Origin: Octopus sinensis
Lineage: Eukaryota
DNA length: 64,000 bases
Direction of reading: 5' to 3'
Assembly (NCBI RefSeq): GCF_006345805.1
Contig: NC_043013.1
Span: 30,752,001-30,816,000 of the forward strand
Shown: positions 14,136-27,816 of the stretch, one piece after another
Layout: the number at the start of each line of letters is the position of its first letter
Position numbering within the stretch: position 1 is the stretch's first letter
Program-made: the position numbers and the translations under genes
The notes under the pieces: generated by a model
What the model was told of the DNA's origin: nothing
The model's database searches: none
What the model saw: the letters and a program-made list of their open reading frames with translations, nothing else

Positions 14136-14199
14136 ATATACGCAAGCACACACTCACACACACGCGCGCACACCCACACATTGTCGTTTAAATTATGGA

Positions 14200-15400
14200 A
14201 AAATGAAAACAGCAATTACATCTCATGTTAACAGATATATTTACCAAAATTATATAAAAATATCTTGATATACTGAAGAGTAAATTTATTCAATAAATTT
14301 TAACCACAGCCTCCAGATGACTTCAGAATCTCCTGCAACTGTTTTGGACGGTCACCTTGTTTAAGTTGTTAAATGAAACTATAATCTTTGCCTTCAGTTC
14401 ATCTTTGATCTTATAAGGAGTTTTCTTGGTCTCTCGCTCAACTGCGCCACTCGTATAATAATCAAAGGTATTGCAGTAGAGGGTGCTAGGTGGCCAGATG
14501 TTAGGGGTGATGTGGTCGCAGAAATTGTATAACGGCCATGACAGGATTCTTCTGCTTGTGTGGCATGGTGCAGACTCCTGTTGCCAGACATAGGGTCTTC
14601 CAGCAACCACCGCCTTCCCCCTGCGCAATACAACCTTCTCCGGGTACTTGATGTAGGCCTCCGTTCGGAGTGTGAATCTGCGTGAGAAGGGGAATGGAGG
14701 TATATTTTCGAAACACCATGATGTTGACTGGATGTTTGATTGTTATCGCCCTCAGTAGGTGCTTTGGGGATAGGGCAAGCCAACGGTTGTTGAGTGTATT
14801 CACCATCTAACCCTAGCAGAAATATTTCTCGTCTAAAAAAAAGCAATGAATGTTCGGTTGGAGGGTTTGGTTGAGTTTGTCCAAAAGTTTTGTAGCGCAG
14901 TTTTTCCTCCTGTGCTTGATGGCTTGGGATAAGAATTGTCCCTTTCTCATCTTGTATGACGAATAACGAATATCTTCATGCACTACCGGCCTGATAAGGA
15001 ACTCAGACATTCCCATTTCTCTGGCGATGGACCCGATTTATTTGGAAGGATCGCTGTCAATCTCACCAACAAATTCAGGACGATTAGAATGAGTCTTCCG
15101 AGTTACTCTACCATTAGACTCGTCGACATTTTTCCGAATCCTCTGCACTGTCCTCACATTGACACCCAAATACTCTGAAATGTTCGTAGTGAAGTTTCAA
15201 GGACGAATGTCAAGCGGTACAGCAGGCTGTTTCCAAATTTCTGGAAGAGTGAATTGCATCATGGTGCTGTTTTTCTTACAGATGGTGCCCAACCTACCCT
15301 ACCATACTGTGTAGTCGACAAAATTAGACAAACAGAGCACATGCACAAAATTGAATATATAAAATGGCGGCAATTTACCCATCGCGCGCTGTATATACAT
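14200..15400 (-). mobile_element. Tc1/mariner superfamily DD37D (maT-type) transposon, frameshifted
   Basis: Catalytic remnants FFLDEKYF, QQ(E/D)SAPCH and WPPS...NTFDY; 37 residues counted between the second and third acidic positions. Split over several frames. Confidence 0.88.
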
Positions 15401-15553
15401 CCATATATATATGTGTGTTTGTGTCAGTGGTGGGTGGCGTGTGTGTTCCAGTGGTGTGTGAGTCTATATAAAAGATACATGCATAAATATATTATTTTAT
15501 ATATATCTATACCTATCTATATCTACGTATATCTATCTATCTACCTATATATC

Positions 15554-15592
<39 letters not shown>

Positions 15593-16286
15593 TATATATA
15601 GATATATATATATATTAATAAAAAGAATTTCAACCTTGTCTGATTTTCACGTTTTATTTACAATCTTATAATGATATATTATAAGATAATATATTATAAT
15701 TGAATAAAATATAATGAAATAGCAGAATGTTAAATGTTCATTCTGATTGAACTAGTACTTTCATGCATTGAATTCTGCAATCTTCGGGTTTATGTAGTAG
15801 TGTTGACAGTCATGCTTCACAATTTTTGACTGTAGCAAGATGATTGATTATGTACTATAAATACAGCTGGGTAGGCTCCAGAGTGCTAGGTTTTGCAAAC
15901 TGTATTCTGACCAATCAGTGTGTAGTATCACTCAATTACTTAAGCTGATTGGTTGGTTGAGCTGATTGGTTTAGGCATCACGCTTTGTTGGACATGTCAA
16001 GAGTCCTGTATCTTGACCCTGGCCGAAGCAGCAATTGTTGGGTTATTTTTAGAAATGTTGTAAATATCCTTTGTCAGAGATTTTTATATTTTTATATTTC
16101 AATTATCATCATCATCATTGTCAGCACCTTAATTATTGTTGCTAGTGGTGATGGTGGTGGCAATAGAACTTTTAACCCTAAATAAGATAATTTTCCTGCT
16201 ATATTCATCTTGATCACCTTTAGTATTGTTGTTGTTGTTAGTGGTCATGGTCGTAGCAGTGGAAGTAATACCTATAAGTATTATTA

Positions 16287-16660
16287 TTATTGCTTATTTA
16301 GCTTGGGTTCGAATTTATCAATAAAATTCTCTTCTCTGATTCTCCTCTCGATTTCACTTGGGCTGTGTAATTTGTAGAACGGAAATATTATATACATTTT
16401 CCGGCCACATGTTGCTAGGTGGTTACTCAAAGGTATCTGACGGACCTCTGGGTCTCTAATCTGTTGCCGGTGTACACGTGAGCGTTCTAATAGTGCGTTT
16501 CCCGTCTGCCCTACATATATTTCTTCATAATTTGGGCATTTGATGCAGTAAATTAAATTTCTGCTTTTGCAGTTCATATTCGCGTTTGTGAATATTTTCC
16601 CGGTTTTTGTGTTTATATATTGACCGGTATGTATGAACTGGCATGTGCCACATCGGCTAT
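16287..16660 (-). mobile_element. Penelope-like element fragment, GIY-YIG endonuclease
   Basis: SRCGTCQFIHTG...NMNCKSRNLIYCIKC...IYVGQTG...R..H...R.IREENFIDKFEPKLN, the typical PLE C-terminal domain. Confidence 0.9.
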
Positions 16661-16661
16661 C

Positions 16662-16743
<82 letters not shown>

Positions 16744-16899
16744 TTAGTATTCCGAGTTATTTAAACTAAATCAAACACACAGACACAAATACATGTGTTG
16801 TTAGTTCGTGGATCAGCTGCGGCATTTAGGCGTAAGAGAATTTATTCTCTGTGCGCTTGGTGTAACGAAGACACTTGAAAGTAAGTCATAGCCAATCGC

Positions 16900-16964
16900 A
16901 AATATTCACATAGGTCCCCTCATAGAGCGACAAATATGGATGTTTCATCATATGGCGTGTTCTT

Positions 16965-17004
<40 letters not shown>

Positions 17005-17120
17005 AACGTTCCATATGTAATATTGATTGAGATCCAGGAATTAGGAAGCCAAATGTTAAGGGTTATGTGATCATAAAAAATGTCAGCCATCCATTCTTGT
17101 GTGACTAGAGCCAAGTGTAA
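16900..17120 (-). mobile_element. Short DD37D transposase fragment interrupted by (CT)n
   Basis: TQEWMADIFYDHITLNIWLPNS...KNTPY parallels NFCDHITPNIWPPS...KKTPY in the 14.3 kb element. Confidence 0.7.
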
Positions 17121-17216
17121 AGGTGCAGGGTCTTACTGAAAAATATATGGCCTTCTATTGCATATGAATCAAAGGACCCCAAAATAGCCATGTCTTCAAA
17201 TACATTACGCCCGCTG

Positions 17217-17260
<44 letters not shown>

Positions 17261-17551
17261 TATATATAATATATATATAAACATATTCAAACGCAAGATA
17301 ATACTAATAATATAGCATGAACAGGATAAACTATCCATATTTTGCAGAAAAATATGCCCGCCAACAGATTTTTCTGCAAAATGTGGATTGTATATCCTGT
17401 TAATGCTATATTATTAGCATTATCCAGGCCTTGAGAAAAAAATTATTTCCGTATCTGTATTTTTCAATAAATCTTAACACTTCTAGAGCAAAATTTGCTT
17501 GTTGACTTTCAACGTAAGTTTGAATTTAATGTATATACATACATAGATACA

Positions 17552-17612
<61 letters not shown>

Positions 17613-17639
17613 AAGTGTGTGTGTGTGTGTGTGTATTCT

Positions 17640-17864
17640 ATTATTCTTTTATTCATTTACATTTTCAGTCATTTGACTGTGGCCATGCTGGAGCACCGCC
17701 TTTAGTGGAACAAATCGACCCCAGGACTTATTCTTTGTAAGCCTAGTACATATTGTATCGGTCTCTTTGGCCAAATCACTAAGTTACGGGGACGGATACA
17801 CACCAACATTGGTTGTCAAGCGATGGTGGGCGGACAAACACAGACGCACATACACAGACATACA

Positions 17865-17915
<51 letters not shown>

Positions 17916-17929
17916 GTTATATATATATG

Positions 17930-17960
<31 letters not shown>

Positions 17961-18051
17961 GTTATATATATATATATTATATATATATATATGTATATAT
18001 ATATATGTATATATATATGTATATATATATATATATATGTTATATATATAT

Positions 18052-18117
<66 letters not shown>

Positions 18118-18290
18118 ATGTATATATATAATTATGCATTTACGACGAGCTTCTTTCAGTTTCTGTCTAGCAAATCCACTCACAAAGCTTTGAGGTGCCT
18201 GAGTCTATACTAGAAGACACTGACCGAAGGTGCCACGCAGTGGGACTGAACCCGGAGCCACGTGGTTGATACGTAAGCTTCTTACCACGC
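17640..18290 (-). mobile_element. SINE family B (CORE-like) with an expanded internal (AT)/(AC) tract
   Basis: Reverse-complement matches to the 30580 copy on both sides of the microsatellite (GACTGTGGCCATGCTGGAGCACCGCC; CAAATCCACTCACAAAG; CACGCAGTGGGACTGAACC). Confidence 0.85.
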
Positions 18291-18939
18291 ATATTTCTAT
18301 AGAATATATAACATTTTGCGAAACATTTTAGGGATATTATATTTCATTCTGACCAATTTTGTAGATCGTACTTAATAGGACACAGAAATCTGGACTGAAA
18401 TTTTATTACTGCTACTTAGTTGAGCTGTAAACACTTTTCACAAACATAATATTGCCAAAACGCCCCACGCATCTGTTCCATAACATTATGGATCATTTGG
18501 GATCAGTTTTCTCTGTCGCTGTCGTAAGTGTCTTTGAACAAGAATTAATTAATCGTTCTATTGAAAATGACTGAAGGGTTCCATATACGATATGTCCGTT
18601 TATAAATAGTTTAAGCTGCTTATGCTATTCTTGAAATATTACACTCGAAATGTCATATTTGTTACTCCAAAAAACAAAGTCTGTTGCACTAATTGTGCTA
18701 AATGTCATCGATGTTATTTTCCCTTCTTGGAGAATACAATAATGTCAAGAATTCCTGGTCTGAATATTCCACCTGCTAAGTGGAACGAAGATATTCTGAA
18801 AAATATTATTTATCCATATTTGAGTGTGGTACCTATTTTCTCTTTCAAAATATTCGAAATATTTTAATAACAGATATATATATGAAATATATGAAATATA
18901 TATATATATATATGTATATAATATATATATATATATATG

Positions 18940-19014
<75 letters not shown>

Positions 19015-20327
19015 GAGAAGTTCAAAGCATATGGTAGTTCTTTATAAATGTTCCATCTATATTTGCGAGTATAAGTTTCGTTTACATAAAATAGTGATGA
19101 GGGATATAAGCTATAATGGAAATGGAAAGGAAGTATTTTGCTCTCTTCTTTTGTTTAATAGTATCAACTTTCTTGAAATATCTAATTTTTTATGTGACTC
19201 ATATCTAAGTATATATATTACTAACACATGGTCATATACAACGTACCAATCTCTGACTTTACATACATGTCAGTGGGGAACATCTGCTTGTTGTTGACTT
19301 TTGCGTTCCCTCAGGCTACTATTGCATGTAAGTATATACAACAATGATCCTACCAATTAAATACTTATAAGAAATTTTAAGTTTTTGCAACTCTGGCACT
19401 CAAATGTGAAAACTTGTCAAACTTCGCCATTATATAAGAAAAAACTGAATAACTTTTATATTGTAAATGCATCTTGTAACGTTTTCAATATATAACCAGT
19501 GGTCATCACTCGAAAAAATCAAGTTTGGTTATGAAAATATTGTTGATGAAGTGATAGCATATTTCAAACACTTGCAAAATATATTCGTACAAATTACCTA
19601 CGGGGCAGTGTGGTTGCATATAAAATTAGATAACTAACATGCATTTCAGTATACAATTTTCCACGAAATACATTGTGTACATTTATGGGAAATTTATGAA
19701 ATTATCCCATTAATAATTACGGAGTGTTTTTGTTCCATCCGTTATTCGTATTTGAGTCCATATATCATATAGGAAATTGTATAGCATGGAATCTTGCAAT
19801 AAAGCATCGTAAAATGATATATTTATTTCATTCTATACCAACATTCTTAGAAAACATGGCATTCATTAATATTTAGTGAATAAAATATAAAATGGCATTT
19901 TTGCCTGTAAAACATATACGATGAATTCTTATAAATAAAAATTTATATAATAAATAAAACACCGCTAATCTTCAGATATCAAAACAATTATGTTACATTA
20001 CGGAGAAAAAGACTATCTAATATTTATGGCTTTTGCCACTCTGTATTCTGGTTGGTGAAATCAAATGGGATATAGAGAGACCTTTATTTGAAAACAATAA
20101 TACTGATCTTTTAATAAATCCCATTTCAGCATCACTGAACATTATTATAGGTACACATGTCTGGGATAGTGATATGATTTCCTAATATGGTATTCCTTAT
20201 GCTAATGTTCAATGAAAAGACTCATGGTTATTTCGATATTTGCAAATTCTGGATATGCATATATATATGCTTGCTTGTGTACCTGTACATGTGTATCGCG
20301 ATATATATATATATATATATATATATA

Positions 20328-20556
20328 TTTCTTTACTGCCCACAAGGGGCTAAACACAGAGGGGACAAACAAGGGCAGACAAACGGATTAAGTCGATTAC
20401 AACAACCCCAGTGCGTAACTGGTACTTAATTTATCGACCCCGAAAGGATGAAAGGCAAAGTCGACCTCGGCGGAATTTGAACCCAGAACGTAACGGCAGA
20501 CGAAATACGGCTACGCATTTCCCCCTGCGTGCTAACGTCTCTGTCAGGTCACCGCC
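20328..20556 (-). mobile_element. SINE family A
   Basis: Reverse complement of the 4591 unit (CGACCCCGAAAGGATGAAAGGCAAAGTCGACC). Confidence 0.88.
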
Positions 20557-21134
20557 TTAAAAAGAAACCTGTGCATCGGGTTATATATATATATATATAA
20601 GCATGTACCTGTATAATTTCGTATCTATCGATCGCTCTTTCTATCTATTTGTCCATATAAAAAATTATAAATTGAAGAGCCAGACATACATTTATCGCAA
20701 CGATTTCAAACTCTGTGAAAATATCACAGCGAGTGTTACTGTCCTAGGCTCATAAAGTCTTTATGTATGCTAAGCCACTGATATTGTTGTATTTTTTATA
20801 ATTTTTATTCTCTTCGATCACCTTTTCAAATGTGCAGGGGCATGAGAAACGGTCATTGCACACATTGGTTGAGACGGGCAAGATTTATGATGTCAGGTCA
20901 ATAGCATTTGCTGACGATGACTAAGTGATATATTCACAAAGTTTGAAATCGATGCGATATATGTATGTCTGTCTTTTCAATGTACGATCTTTTCGTCATT
21001 CCGATGGGGTGTTAAGGTTATTTATGCCCATTTCCTCGATTTCACTTAGTGGTTTAGTGAAAATTTGTGTACTTAAGTGGCCTCTGACAGTTTTAGCATA
21101 CTGCTACTTTCTCTAGAACCCAACATTATAATTA

Positions 21135-21135
21135 A

Positions 21136-21174
<39 letters not shown>

Positions 21175-21302
21175 TATTTATGTGTGTGTGTGTGTTGTGT
21201 GTGTGTCTGTGTGTGTATGTATACGTATAATTTATATATATATGCATATATATATATATGTATATATACATATATGCCATATGTATATATATGTATCTAT
21301 AA

Positions 21303-21339
<37 letters not shown>

Positions 21340-21433
21340 TGTATATATATATATATTATATATATATATATATGCATGTATATATATATATATACATATA
21401 ATATATATATGCATGTATATATATATATATATC

Positions 21434-21480
<47 letters not shown>
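21135..21480. repeat. Compound (AT)n/(GT)n microsatellite
   Basis: Directly visible; explains the overlapping YI/CV ORFs. Confidence 0.95.
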
Positions 21481-21481
<1 letters not shown>

Positions 21482-23579
21482 CTATTTCTAAGAAATAGAC
21501 AGGACAAAGGAAAGAAACGACCATGGCAGGAAATTCATAAAATATTTGTTTGTTTTCTTGTCATCCCAGTTTCTTATCACCACTCTGTACGCGACTGATG
21601 CTTCGTAGTGACACATATTTATATTGAGACTTAACACTAGGTTATTTACACATATATACACATATATCACTATATTTCGCAGCATATGTTATAAAACCTC
21701 TGAATATTGTAATTAATGTGAACAACCTCTAATGCGGGATGCCTTATATACAACGCCTCTAGCGTGTTGCAGCTAGGAGCAATTTCTACAATGTAAAGAA
21801 AGCGCATTCAATACTTTGGTGGATTTAACAAGAATTCACGGTAATTTCCGATCGGATATACAAAAATTACTATAACGGTGCTGTAATTTTCATACCCAGG
21901 ATATTGTCAAATGTTGGATATTATAGAAGGAAAATTACATTTCATTGACACGAAGGGAACGCATAATATCATCGCCTCGTTTGCAGCAAAATTTAGGTTT
22001 CTCAAATAGGGTAAAGTAATGGAAAAAATGGCTTACACTCTGATTGTCAATAGTTTCAATCGTACCGATGAGTTAGTATAGTACACCACACCTATTCGAC
22101 GCGAACCAAAAACTACACTGTAGTTAGGTAAAATTATTAAGCAGACAGCCATGATTTTGTAGATTTGGGAAGCGAGGTAACTCACTCTTTCTCTAACACA
22201 TTAAGCTTTTGTCGAAGTGTGCATGTGTTTTTACTTGCTTTATTTCTGAGACTCTAGGAAGTTTGGATTTATTCATCACAAAGAAATAGCACACGGAAAG
22301 AAGCCGTGAATAATCCGACAAATGTTTTCTTCAAATACTTGAACATAGTAAATGTTTATTCGGTATTAGCATGTCATGTGTCTCAAGATGTAGCATTCTG
22401 ACCAATGCTAAAAGAGAACTTGCATAGTGTTTCCAGGATTGCTTTGAACTTTGTATGATGCTCAATCAGTAAAACGGATACAAATCGTAATTGAAAAATC
22501 ACTTATTCTAGCAAGGTCAGACCTTCAGTTATTTCAAGGTCGGAGTTCTATGTCCTGTCCATTTTTCATAAATGCCATCATCATAAACTATTCTCCAGCG
22601 CTTCAGCGTCCATAAGTAGAGAAATGCAGCAAAATGAGTATACATTCACATCACGTATGCAAAATAGCTGGTCATGTGTAACGTGACTATATTCTGCCTA
22701 AACAAACAAGGATTTAGAATTCATTAAAACAGAAGACATTTTATATTTCAGTTGTCTTAATAACTATATATTAGTCTTCCTTTGGGCTTCAATTCTGTTT
22801 GTGCTCTACGGAACTTATCGAACAATAACTCTCTATCTTCAGTTGTGTATTGTTTTGTACAAAATATAAGTATACCGATAAATTCTATTTTTGGTAAATA
22901 CGTGCAGAATAAAAAGAAAATTACAAGATTAATATAATCGCACACAATTCCCCAAAGAAACACGTCCTGTGGGGGAAAAAATAATATTGCATTTTCTTTC
23001 TTGAATATTCAGCTATTTTACATTATTCCGGTATGTAACATGTGAACATTCAATAATTGTTAAATGACCACCATTTCTTTTATAGAAAGATAAGGATAGA
23101 AAATCAGTACGACTACCGGGGCTCAAAAATATAGCTGTTTGCTTTGCCAAACAACTATTGTGTCACGATAATTTATTGTACACTCGTTTGCTTTTTTGCT
23201 TCATTTCGCTGAAATGTGTTTCTAGTGAGTAAGTAGAAAATAGAATATTCATTTCTAGCTGATCTATTTTTGTGGACAGTCACACATTTTTGGATTTTAT
23301 TCTTTATTTGTGGTACGGCATTTATATTTAATTAGGAAATGTATGATACTCTTATCGCGGTATCTGCATCTATATTTCTATTTCAGTCAACAACCACACA
23401 ATCGTATGAAGGGAGACATTCATGCTTTAATACAACCACCGGTATATATATAATATATATATATATAATATATATATAATATACACATATATCTATAGAT
23501 AATATATATATATATACATATATACATATATATATATATATTATATATATACATATATATATACACATATATCTATAGA

Positions 23580-23613
<34 letters not shown>

Positions 23614-23658
23614 CTATATATATATATACATATATATATAACACACATATATATATAT

Positions 23659-23700
<42 letters not shown>

Positions 23701-23800
23701 TATATATATATGTATAAAATTAATTAGGGTAGAAATTGATATTTATCAATTAAGACCAGTGGTCTAGCATATTAAAAAGAATCCGAAGATTAAAATATTT

Positions 23801-24033
23801 ATATATACCAATTAAGGACTGAACACGAAAAGTGGACAGTCAACATGCTAGATATAGACGTCAAATCGCCATTCACCATGGGTACTTAATTTTATTTTTC
23901 GTATATTTTTCACTTGTTTATTGCTATGGTTTTGTGTTGAGTTGATCTGAGAACATAATCTTTTGTGGTGAATGGCGATTTGACGTCTATATCTAGCATG
24001 TTGACTGTCCACTTTTCGTGTTCAGTCCTTAAT

Positions 24034-24043
<10 letters not shown>
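23801..24043. repeat. Near-perfect inverted repeat (~78-bp arms, ~87-bp spacer)
   Basis: 23801-23878 (..TTAAGGACTGAACACGAAAAGTGGACAGTCAACATGCTAGATATAGACGTCAAATCGCCATTCACCA) is the reverse complement of 23966-24043 apart from a 1-nt indel. Confidence 0.92.
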
Positions 24044-24069
<26 letters not shown>

Positions 24070-24086
24070 ATATATATATATATATA

Positions 24087-24130
<44 letters not shown>

Positions 24131-24716
24131 CATACATGCATACATGATTATTATATATATACCTTGTTTCTATTTATTTTCGTATATGGGTTTCTTGTAC
24201 ATTTTCTGGAAGATTTTTCTCATGAGTTCACTCTTTTATAGAAAACACAAAGTATATTATTTTGCACTCAGAGATGATATATTGTTGCGAGTGCCCTACT
24301 TATACAAAAGGAAATTACAAAATGAAATTTGAAAAAAAGAAAAGAGAAACTCACCATTGAACACAATAGAAATTATTCCAACGGGAATGATATAATGCAT
24401 TTGAAAGAACCGAATACAATAGAACTAGTTATCTGCATGTACTTGCATCTTTGTAATGTGCTCGTATTTATTTTTTACTCAGAATGCTTATTCCATGTGA
24501 CTTTAGATTTTTTTCTTTGTGTTATTTTGCTCAATATGTGACTAGATTGCTTCTAAATTGGTACACAATATTGCAGTGTTTTAAGTTGAATCTATAATTT
24601 CAGGTGTTAATCGTTAGAAGAAAGTTAAATTATCTCAATATGGAAAAAACCCAAAAGCGTTCTAATGAATTAAAATTTATATTTCCACATCTTTATTCTA
24701 TATTTTTATATTCCTT

Positions 24717-24960
24717 ATACATGGTGGCTTCAAAATGCTTTCGCGCTAGTCCTGTAGCGCGCCAACAGATGACAGCACAGTGTTGCGTGTGCAACGAGAG
24801 CCAAGCAATGAAGCGGTGTGTTGAGTGAAGTCAGAATTGACCATGCGGTTTGTCTCTGCCAAGAGTGTCCCCTGCATGCTGACAAATGAGCAGAAAGAAC
24901 ATCGCGTCGAAGCCTGTCAATATTTCCGTCAGCTTACTCTGATCCTCAGAGTAAGCAGCA
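24717..24960 (+). mobile_element. Mariner-type transposase fragment
   Basis: ELTMRFVSAKSVPCMLTNEQKEHRVEACQ matches the mariner linker (MRRVAAKxVPxxLTxxQKxxRVxxC). Confidence 0.75.
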
Positions 24961-25182
24961 ATTTATCAATGGTAAAATTTCTAATTATGAATTAGAAAAA
25001 ACGTGTTTAAAAGTTTGAATGCTGACACGTGTAAATGTTCATAACAGTCAACACTATAACAACTGTTGATCAACTTTTCTAAATGTACAAAATTCAATAG
25101 TGTTAATAGTGCTCGACTGGGATTTCAAGTGTCTAAGGTACTACTAATCAGCGAAGTACCAACGATAAGCACTAGTACATAT

Positions 25183-25405
25183 TCTTTATTCTTTTATTTG
25201 ATTCAGTCATTTGACACCGGCCATGCTGGAGCACCACCTTTAGTCGAACACCTCGACCCCAAAACTTATTCTTTGTGAACCTAGTACGTATCCTATCGGT
25301 TTCATTTGCCGAACCGCTAATTTACGGGGAAGTAAACGCACCAAAATCGATTGTCAAGTGATAATAGGGCGACAAACACAGACACACAAACACACACATA
25401 CAGAT

Positions 25406-25465
<60 letters not shown>

Positions 25466-25630
25466 GACGGGGTTCTTTCAGTTTCCGTCTACCAAATTCA
25501 CTAAGAAAGCTTTGGTAAGCCTGAGGCTATAGTAGAAGACCCCGGCCCAAATTGCCACGCAGTAGGATTGAACGCGCAACCTTGTGTTTGGTAAGCAAGC
25601 TAGTGACAACACAGTCATGCTTGCGCCTGC
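25183..25630 (-). mobile_element. SINE family B
   Basis: Reverse-complement homology to 30580-31004. Confidence 0.85.
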
Positions 25631-25744
25631 GCATTTGGAATCCCAGTATCGTTAATTTATATGGAGCTAAATCGGTATATAGTTGGATAAATATCCCTAT
25701 ATATATATATATATTATATATATATACAGAGAGAGAGAGGGGAT

Positions 25745-26108
25745 AGTTGTATACTGTCAACGTAATGTGATAGTCCCATGAAGGGAATCGCACCACTAAT
25801 ATTTAGCCCTAGGAAGGATCAACGCTTCCTGTCGGCCTTGGCACATTTCCTGTCCTTATGTTTACAAGGGCTGGCCAAGTATCTCCAACTAGCAGGCCAT
25901 GCTACTCCAGACTGATGACGAGCAAAGACTCAGGAACTAGTCTCTGGTTGCAGGCTTAGCTGGATGTAGGTGCTTGTCTACCCCTTGTAAACATAAAGAC
26001 ACAGAAAATGTGTCAAGACCGACAGGAAGCGTTGATGTTTCCTAGGGCTAAATAGCAGTGGTGTGATTCCCTTCATGGAACTGTCTCATTAAGTTGACAG
26101 TATACACT
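25745..26108. mobile_element. Foldback element with ~135-bp inverted arms and a hammerhead-like spacer
   Basis: GTATACTGTCAAC...ATTTAGCCCTAGGAAGGATCAACGCTTCCTGTCGG...TATGTTTACAAGGG is mirrored by CCCTTGTAAACATA...CCGACAGGAAGCGTTGAT...CCTAGGGCTAAAT...GTTGACAGTATAC. Confidence 0.88.
25907..25947 (+). ncRNA. Type I hammerhead ribozyme fold (one core substitution)
   Basis: CCAGA-CTGATGA-cGAG caaaga CTCa-GGAAC-TA-GTC-TCTGG: stem I CCAGA/TCTGG, stem II GAG/CTC, palindromic ACTAGT stem III, GUC cleavage triplet. GAAAC reads GGAAC. Confidence 0.75.
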
Positions 26109-26160
26109 TACTTTATCGTACCACTGCCTCTTATATCTCTCTGCGGTTTTTAGAAATGCA

Positions 26161-26191
<31 letters not shown>

Positions 26192-26204
26192 GAATTAATG
26201 AAAA

Positions 26205-26480
26205 CCGGTGGCCCAGTAGTTAAAGTATTCGTGTTCCGATCGTAAGGTTGCAGCTCGGCGGCACGTTGGTCCTCGCTCAAGATACTTTATTTCACGTTTT
26301 TCCGATTACTCAGCTATAAAATATGAATAGTACTCTTTTTTCTGTGGGTCAAAGTTTCCGCATTCTGTATCTCGCTTACTCTCCCTCAGAACAATTTTGA
26401 GAGTACTCGCATCAGTTGATTGGTCAGCCATTAGCACGTTAATTTTACGAGCGGGCTGTTTCCCTTGATCATATCAACTA
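26205..26480 (+). mobile_element. SINE family C, degraded
   Basis: GATCGTAAGGTTG, CAAGATACTTTATTTCACG and CACGTTAATTTTACGAGC match the 28700 copy. Confidence 0.7.
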
Positions 26481-27329
26481 GAACCCTCCGCCTCTTAACC
26501 GACAGAGACCCAGTTTCCGTTTCTCTGTATGTGTAAATGTATATGTGTGCAGGTGTGTGGTGTACGTGATTAATTTATTAGAAATCAGATATGGTTTGCA
26601 TTTAAGAGAAAATGGATTAGTATCGTAATGAGTATATAGGATGTGAACTATTTCTATTATAAATTCGTCTATTGCAGAAGATATATAATTATGCAAAATG
26701 TGTGAAATTCTAAATATTACATTACATATATCTGGGGTCGATAGGATATTAATCACTTCTGTCGGCAACGATGAATGTATCAATATCCTAAAAATATACA
26801 AAATATAATATACATCAGAATATATAGAAAATCTATTATACGTATGATATATCTTCCATGTAATATATCGTGAATGACGAAGCTCAGGGCAAATGCCGCA
26901 TTATTTGTAATGAATTTGCAGTACTCATTGAATAGTTTACGGTAGATAACCAGTAATTATATTAATTGAATCCATCAGCAAAATGTAGAAATATACTTTA
27001 AAACATTTCAGGTCAGACATTCTATATATTCAACTGTTTCACCACTCTAGAAAAATAATAGATATAATTTCCAACTACAGAACAAAGGAGGCAAACGTTA
27101 CTTAGATAGCATCACTGGAAATCTACATGCACACACAAACACACGTACATACACAAACATATAGAAACACGCAGGCATATTTTATACATACACACACAGA
27201 CAATCACTCACACACATATGTATACAAGGATATATATGAATATATGCCAATATAGTTATATGTATATATAGATATGTATGTGTATTTCTATATATGTCTA
27301 TGTACATTTATAAAGAATTATATGAATAA

Positions 27330-27376
<47 letters not shown>

Positions 27377-27586
27377 GAATTTTCTATTCACTACTTGAGT
27401 AATGCACTAATTATTTCTGTCTGGCTGTGTTTGTAGACACTTGAAAAGAAAACTTTTAACCCCCCAAAATTAAATGATAGCATTTTACTTTCAGGAGGGC
27501 CATCTTAGTCACCTGACAACCAATATTTCTAGACCCAGTTCGCCACTGTTTACACACTCACACACGCACACGCGCACACACACACG

Positions 27587-27633
<47 letters not shown>

Positions 27634-27816
27634 TCAAACACACATCCTCCACCTTAGCTTTTCTCAAAAGTTCCTGACTTATATCAACTCCCATTCAGTT
27701 TGGTTTTCGGAATGAGAACCGACCACGAGTCACGCGGTGCCAAGTCGGTCGAATAGGCAGCCTGTGTTTTCTTGCTGCGAACCTGCCGTATACACAGAAA
27801 GCATACGAGCCGTCAT

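Noticed and set aside
17767-18213. Long ORFs rich in Y/I/H/T/C/V (also 1763, 21182, 29234-30061, 33014-33403 and others)
   Set aside because: Translations of (AT)n, (AC)n and (GT)n microsatellites, which lack stop codons in several frames; not genes.
21700-22120. Possible minus-strand exons (EIAPSCNTLEALYIRHPALEVV; CSFGSRRIGVVYYTNSSVRLK)
   Set aside because: Acceptors are good, but the segments are short and unlinked to a verified chain; comparable GT-AG pairs arise by chance in AT-rich DNA.
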